DNA of 64,000 bases from assembly GCA_965222615.1 (NCBI GenBank), contig CBDCUI010000007.1:256001-320000 (forward strand). Direction: 5' to 3'. Positions 59,431-64,000 of this stretch are shown one piece after another (position 1 is the first letter of the stretch; every line of letters starts with the position of its first letter). Source of the DNA: Gammaproteobacteria bacterium. GTDB lineage: Bacteria > Pseudomonadota > Gammaproteobacteria > UBA4575. A program made the position numbers and the translations under genes. A model generated the notes under the pieces. The model saw only the letters and a program-made list of their open reading frames with translations. It did no database searches and was not told the origin of the DNA.

Positions 59431-61322
59431 GCAACATAGAACCAATACATGGTGCCATACACGCACTCAAGCCAAACTATCAAAGTCTAAGCGACACAGC
59501 GTTGCTAGATCATTTCATTAAACGTTCACCTCCTAATTATTTCCCAGTAATTGATAGAGAACTTTGCCGACCAAATAAAATAAATCAGATCTTAGATAAT
59601 AAATTTGAGTTTAATTGTGAAACTCATGTTTTACCTGATCCAATTAATTGGCTGCATAATCCAAGCGAAGACATCGAATGGCATATCTTTCTACATAAAT
59701 TCTATTACGCAGTAGGTCTGGGTCTTGCCCATCGCCGTACTTATGAAAATAAATATCTACAAAAATGGCTGTATCTAATAAATACATGGATTGAACAAAC
59801 CGAACCAGGATTTATAGCAAGTGATGTAACGGGCAGACGTATTCAAAACTGGATTTACTCGTTTTATTTTTTTGTGGAATACCCCGAATACCCTTGCGTA
59901 TCTGCCTCTTTTTTACGTAAATTTCTTGATTCACTATATATACAAGTTAATTACTTAATTAATAACCTTGCACCCAGTCGCAATCATAGAACAATAGAAC
60001 TCTATAGTATTTTTCTTGCAGCCGTAGTATTCCCAGAGTTGCAGCAGTCAGACGAATGGCTTAATTTTTCCACACAAGAACTAGAGAAAAATATTCATAA
60101 CGACTTTTTAAATGACGGCGTACATTGTGAGCTTTCTACAGACTATCATCACCTTGCTTTACTAAATCTTCTCAACTTTCGCAGACTTGCACTGCTAAAC
60201 AACATAGAAGTAAGTCAAAAAAGCGACCATAAACTTAAAAAAGCCTTAAGGTTTGCTAAACATGCACAAAAACCTGATGGAATCGTACCATCATTCAGCG
60301 ATGGTGACGCACGCTGCCACAGTAAAGTACTGCATCGAGGTTACACAATTTACCAAGATGAAGAATTACGTTTTTGTACAACGTTAGGCACAATGGGTAC
60401 ACCTCCTAAAACTAAGACTGCCGCATTTCCATCCAGTGGTTACTACATGATGCGAAGCGGTTGGGGTGATAAAAATGCACGATTCTTAATGTGTGATTGC
60501 GGACCATTAGGAGCAGGTAATCATGGTCATTTAGATGCTTTAAGTTTTGAAGCTGCAGCATATGGGCGTTCGCTAATAGTAGACCCAGGTCGTTACACAT
60601 ATTTTGAAGAAGGCCAATACAATTGGCGCAAACATTTTAGACAAACTACTGCACATAACACCGTTGTTATTAACAATGAAAACCAAACCTGTTATCAAAC
60701 CATACCCGATAAACAACGCCTAAGGATAGTGGGACCATATGCTGAATCTCATTGTGACTGCTTCAAGGAAGCTGACGATTATGTGTTTTTTTCTGGACAT
60801 GTTAAAAGCCCGATGTATGAAGCAATACATACACGTAAAATTATTTTTATTCGTGGTCAATACTGGCTCATTGTTGATAAGTTAACCGCACATGAATCGC
60901 ATAATTATGAACTACAATTCCAGCTATCTGAGGCAGCACAAAAATGCACTACTCTAAAATATTATAATCAAACTGTATCCTATATCTCGCCGAATTTAGT
61001 TTTATCTCAAGCCCTCCATAACCAAGACCATCATGCTATTAAGCAAGGTTTTGTTTCTTATACCTATGGAAAAAAATACAAAGCACCAATCATAAGTACA
61101 ACTTGTCATGCCAAAAATAAATGCTTTATAAGTTTAATATATCCATTTAAAAATGATACGCCTGAAATCGAATTGCAACTAGAAAACTCAACTAATAACG
61201 ATGCTCTCACTGTAAAGATACAGATTAAATCATTCGATCATCGATATTGCGATCACATTACATTATCGCAATTGTCTAATGATATTAAGTTAATACAGCG
61301 ATTTGTTAAATCTAGCAAATGA
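59427..61322 (+). CDS. Heparinase II/III (alginate lyase-like) family protein
   Basis: NH, DGVHCELSTDYH, GNHGHLDALSF, DPGRYTY, AHNTV. Confidence 0.85.
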   Translation: MSNIEPIHGAIHALKPNYQSLSDTALLDHFIKRSPPNYFPVIDRELCRPNKINQILDNKFEFNCETHVLPDPINWLHNPSEDIEWHIFLHKFYYAVGLGLAHRRTYENKYLQKWLYLINTWIEQTEPGFIASDVTGRRIQNWIYSFYFFVEYPEYPCVSASFLRKFLDSLYIQVNYLINNLAPSRNHRTIELYSIFLAAVVFPELQQSDEWLNFSTQELEKNIHNDFLNDGVHCELSTDYHHLALLNLLNFRRLALLNNIEVSQKSDHKLKKALRFAKHAQKPDGIVPSFSDGDARCHSKVLHRGYTIYQDEELRFCTTLGTMGTPPKTKTAAFPSSGYYMMRSGWGDKNARFLMCDCGPLGAGNHGHLDALSFEAAAYGRSLIVDPGRYTYFEEGQYNWRKHFRQTTAHNTVVINNENQTCYQTIPDKQRLRIVGPYAESHCDCFKEADDYVFFSGHVKSPMYEAIHTRKIIFIRGQYWLIVDKLTAHESHNYELQFQLSEAAQKCTTLKYYNQTVSYISPNLVLSQALHNQDHHAIKQGFVSYTYGKKYKAPIISTTCHAKNKCFISLIYPFKNDTPEIELQLENSTNNDALTVKIQIKSFDHRYCDHITLSQLSNDIKLIQRFVKSSK

Positions 61323-61330
61323 GTTGAATC

Positions 61331-62707
61331 ATGAGTACAGCGCGAATTACCCAGCACAGTCGTTATATTCCAAATGACACAAGGCTGTTTAATCTTGAAT
61401 TTGTACTAGATTCAAATTATATGACACCAATATTAAGCAAATACATGAATATTGATACGTCCTCTCATTTCAGTATTGAACGTGTTAAATACAAGCCCAA
61501 AAAGAATTGCTTAATATGCTATCGACAAAACAATAAAGATAGTTCAAGCAATCTGATTGATATCACTGCAATGGTTTATCCACCCGGTGAATCCCAAAAA
61601 AGATTTGAAAAAGCCAATCTCGCCATATTTGAAACCAACGCTGTCCAACATATTCCGCATTTAGATATGGTAATCTGGAAGTTCCCATATGAACGTAAGC
61701 TTATACATTTACCCAAATTATTCGACTTAGACTATTTAAACTCACAGGTATTTCCTGATCTCATTACGAAAGCAAAAGGTACAGAGTGGCGCTTAAGTGA
61801 CTCTGAAATCCAGCTCGTTCACTATGTACCGGAACACAACTGTACAGTCCGTGCAGATCTAACTTTACGTAATAAACATAGCGGCCGCATAACAGACTTA
61901 ACGGTGTATGGAAAAACGTATTACAACGATCAAGGCACTCACACCTTTCACACTATGGAACAGATATATTCAAAAAATAACTCAAGTTTATCTGCCAATC
62001 CTTTATTATATCAAGAAAGCTATAAAACCCTCTGGCAAGAAGCTGTACCTGGCACACCCTTAGAGATCAGTTTAAATTCAAACTACTGTTATCAAAACCT
62101 AAAACATGCAGCTAATGCGATTTTACAGCTACATCAAACGACTGTTAATTGTTCTACAATTATCGATGAGACATATTTCATAAATCAGCTAAATCGCACT
62201 GAAGCGGCGCTTTCCACTTCGTCTACAGATTATCTCGCACAATTTATTCGAATAAAGGATTCGTTATTAAAAAATATTCCAAAACATTGTTTCGAAAATC
62301 TAAACACTCTTCATGGCGACTTACACCCGAACAATATTTTAATCTCAGACAATTCAGTTTACCTAATCGATTTAGATAGCACCTGTCTTGGGCCTGCATA
62401 TGCAGACATAGGTAGCTGGTGTGCAGCCATATTGTACCAAGCCCTTCTAAAAAAACATGGCCTTAGTAATGCCAATAAAAAGCTTTCTTATTTTTTACAA
62501 AACTATTTTAAAGGCTCAAGCCTAGTTGAAGATCAAGCGGCTCTAAAATGGTTTACGACAATGGCATTAATTAATGAACGCATTTTTCGTTGTGCCACAC
62601 GCCTGAAAATAGGTCGAAATAATACATTTTTCGAATTGCTCAAACTCGCACAAAAAACATGCCAGAACTTTCAAAAAAATTACCTCTCATCGGTTACGGC
62701 AAGTTAG
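61331..62707 (+). CDS. APH/choline-kinase-fold phosphotransferase
   Basis: YKPKKNC, VYGK, HGDLHPNN, LIDLD. Confidence 0.8.
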   Translation: MSTARITQHSRYIPNDTRLFNLEFVLDSNYMTPILSKYMNIDTSSHFSIERVKYKPKKNCLICYRQNNKDSSSNLIDITAMVYPPGESQKRFEKANLAIFETNAVQHIPHLDMVIWKFPYERKLIHLPKLFDLDYLNSQVFPDLITKAKGTEWRLSDSEIQLVHYVPEHNCTVRADLTLRNKHSGRITDLTVYGKTYYNDQGTHTFHTMEQIYSKNNSSLSANPLLYQESYKTLWQEAVPGTPLEISLNSNYCYQNLKHAANAILQLHQTTVNCSTIIDETYFINQLNRTEAALSTSSTDYLAQFIRIKDSLLKNIPKHCFENLNTLHGDLHPNNILISDNSVYLIDLDSTCLGPAYADIGSWCAAILYQALLKKHGLSNANKKLSYFLQNYFKGSSLVEDQAALKWFTTMALINERIFRCATRLKIGRNNTFFELLKLAQKTCQNFQKNYLSSVTAS

Positions 62708-62711
62708 TACC

Positions 62712-64000
62712 ATGGACATTCATTTCACAGTTAAGCCTTCCACAGCTCCGACAACTAGACAATCTGTCATAAAACAGTTTCTACCCTTACTTTGGGATCA
62801 GAAGCAGCAATTGTTTCTTGCATATCTATTATCACTTATCGCAGTTGCAGCAATAACCGTTGCGCCTTGGCCACTCAAGTTCATGATTGACTATGTATTA
62901 AGCGACCAGATAGCCCCCGGCTGGTACATGGCATTGCTAGGAAATCAATCTAAGCCCTTACAACTACTGTTTTTGTCATTTTCTATTGCATTCATTGCCA
63001 TGATAGGTGCAGTAAGTTTTACAACTAGCCAGAGATTCAATGCAAAAGTTCGCGAGAGACTTGGTAAAAATATGCGCAGAGAATTACTCGACAAGATACT
63101 TGTAATGGATTTGTTAGTGCGTCGTAGTTTTCCTAAAGGTGAGCTTACATTACATCTTGTAGATGACGTACATCATGTAATTCGACTCTTAGCTAAAACT
63201 TTTCCTCTTGTCTTACGACATGCGCTTACTGTACTTACTCTAATTATTGTAATGATTTCACTCCAGCCTTTTTTAGGAATAGCAGGAGCCATAATACTTA
63301 GTACATTTGCATTCATTATTTATTCCTATGCAGGACAATTAAATTCTACAGCTCGAAACAAGAGAAAAAGAGAAGGCAATATTGCATCACAATCTCAAGA
63401 AATTATGCGAACAATGGATAGCGTACTTGTGACAGGCCGTGAAAGTTGGATCAGGGAACGCTTTAACAAAATTAATATTGAGAGTTTAAACGCTAGTGTA
63501 AAAGAAACTCACATTGCAACTAGCATGGAAAGAACAATGCAAATTGCTAATGGAGTTGCCATGGCAATTTTTGCAGGTATTGGTGGATGGTTAGTACTGA
63601 AAGGCAGTATCACGATTGGTTCTTTGACGGTGTATCTCAGCTATATGCTTCAGCTTCTAAAGCCAATAGAAAAAATAAACGAATTAGCTTCTGCTGTTAG
63701 CCGCGGCGTTGCAAGAGGTGAACGACTATTGCCATTGTGGAATATTTATTCGAACGTTAAGGAAGCTAAACCTCTAATCACTATCGATCCAAATAAAGTC
63801 GGCTCGCTTGAATTACAAAATGTAACCTTCAATTACACAAACTCTTCAAATAATAAACGTTCACTTATCGATGAAACAAGTATTCTGCACAATGCTAGCC
63901 TTTTATTAAAACCCGGCTCTATCACTATTCTGGTTGGCCCAAGCGGAACCGGAAAATCAACTTTATTGCTTTTATTACTTGGCCTAGTACGACCATCACA
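62712..64000 (+). CDS. ABC exporter (TMD + NBD), truncated by the window end
   Basis: ATG 62712; APWPLKFMID, ITIGSL--YLSY, Walker A GPSGTGKSTL near 63935-63965. Confidence 0.85.
   Translation, partial: MDIHFTVKPSTAPTTRQSVIKQFLPLLWDQKQQLFLAYLLSLIAVAAITVAPWPLKFMIDYVLSDQIAPGWYMALLGNQSKPLQLLFLSFSIAFIAMIGAVSFTTSQRFNAKVRERLGKNMRRELLDKILVMDLLVRRSFPKGELTLHLVDDVHHVIRLLAKTFPLVLRHALTVLTLIIVMISLQPFLGIAGAIILSTFAFIIYSYAGQLNSTARNKRKREGNIASQSQEIMRTMDSVLVTGRESWIRERFNKINIESLNASVKETHIATSMERTMQIANGVAMAIFAGIGGWLVLKGSITIGSLTVYLSYMLQLLKPIEKINELASAVSRGVARGERLLPLWNIYSNVKEAKPLITIDPNKVGSLELQNVTFNYTNSSNNKRSLIDETSILHNASLLLKPGSITILVGPSGTGKSTLLLLLLGLVRPS

Noticed and set aside
1-64000. Mobile element, prophage or anti-phage defence system
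   Set aside because: No transposase, integrase, phage, nuclease or reverse transcriptase motifs seen in any ORF

Overview
An AT-rich, Gammaproteobacteria-like chromosomal window (taxonomy inferred from protein families and gene order) dominated by respiration and oxygen/redox sensing. I saw no rRNA, tRNA, CRISPR array, integrase or transposase. From left to right: ppsR end, VOC/SRPBCC/TetR and Spy-BaeRS; a heme o synthase + CoxMNOP-type cytochrome c oxidase operon extended by PmoD/AmoD-like, YtkA/FixH-like and di-heme peroxidase genes; encapsulated-ferritin-like gene + persulfide dioxygenase; ppnN; Yip1-ccoNOQP; an operon of two GST-fold proteins + AlkB/XylM-type membrane di-iron monooxygenase + small membrane protein; a roughly 16-kb low-oxygen island (two FNRs, FixLJ, three paralogous cytochromes c, two globins, hemerythrin, USPs, Hsp20, FNT) with many FNR boxes; a YeeE/small Cys protein/DUF6969/periplasmic rhodanese operon; a REC-PAS-GGDEF-EAL protein; a class III LitR-like regulator with a CarH-type operator; a GAF-MarR fusion; DUF6502-DUF5666; and a glycosyltransferase/heparinase/kinase/ABC cluster that runs off the end. 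The best candidates for undescribed systems are the GST-GST-AlkB/XylM operon and the PmoD-YtkA-peroxidase module on the oxidase operon. All family calls come from motif recognition by eye; no database search was run.
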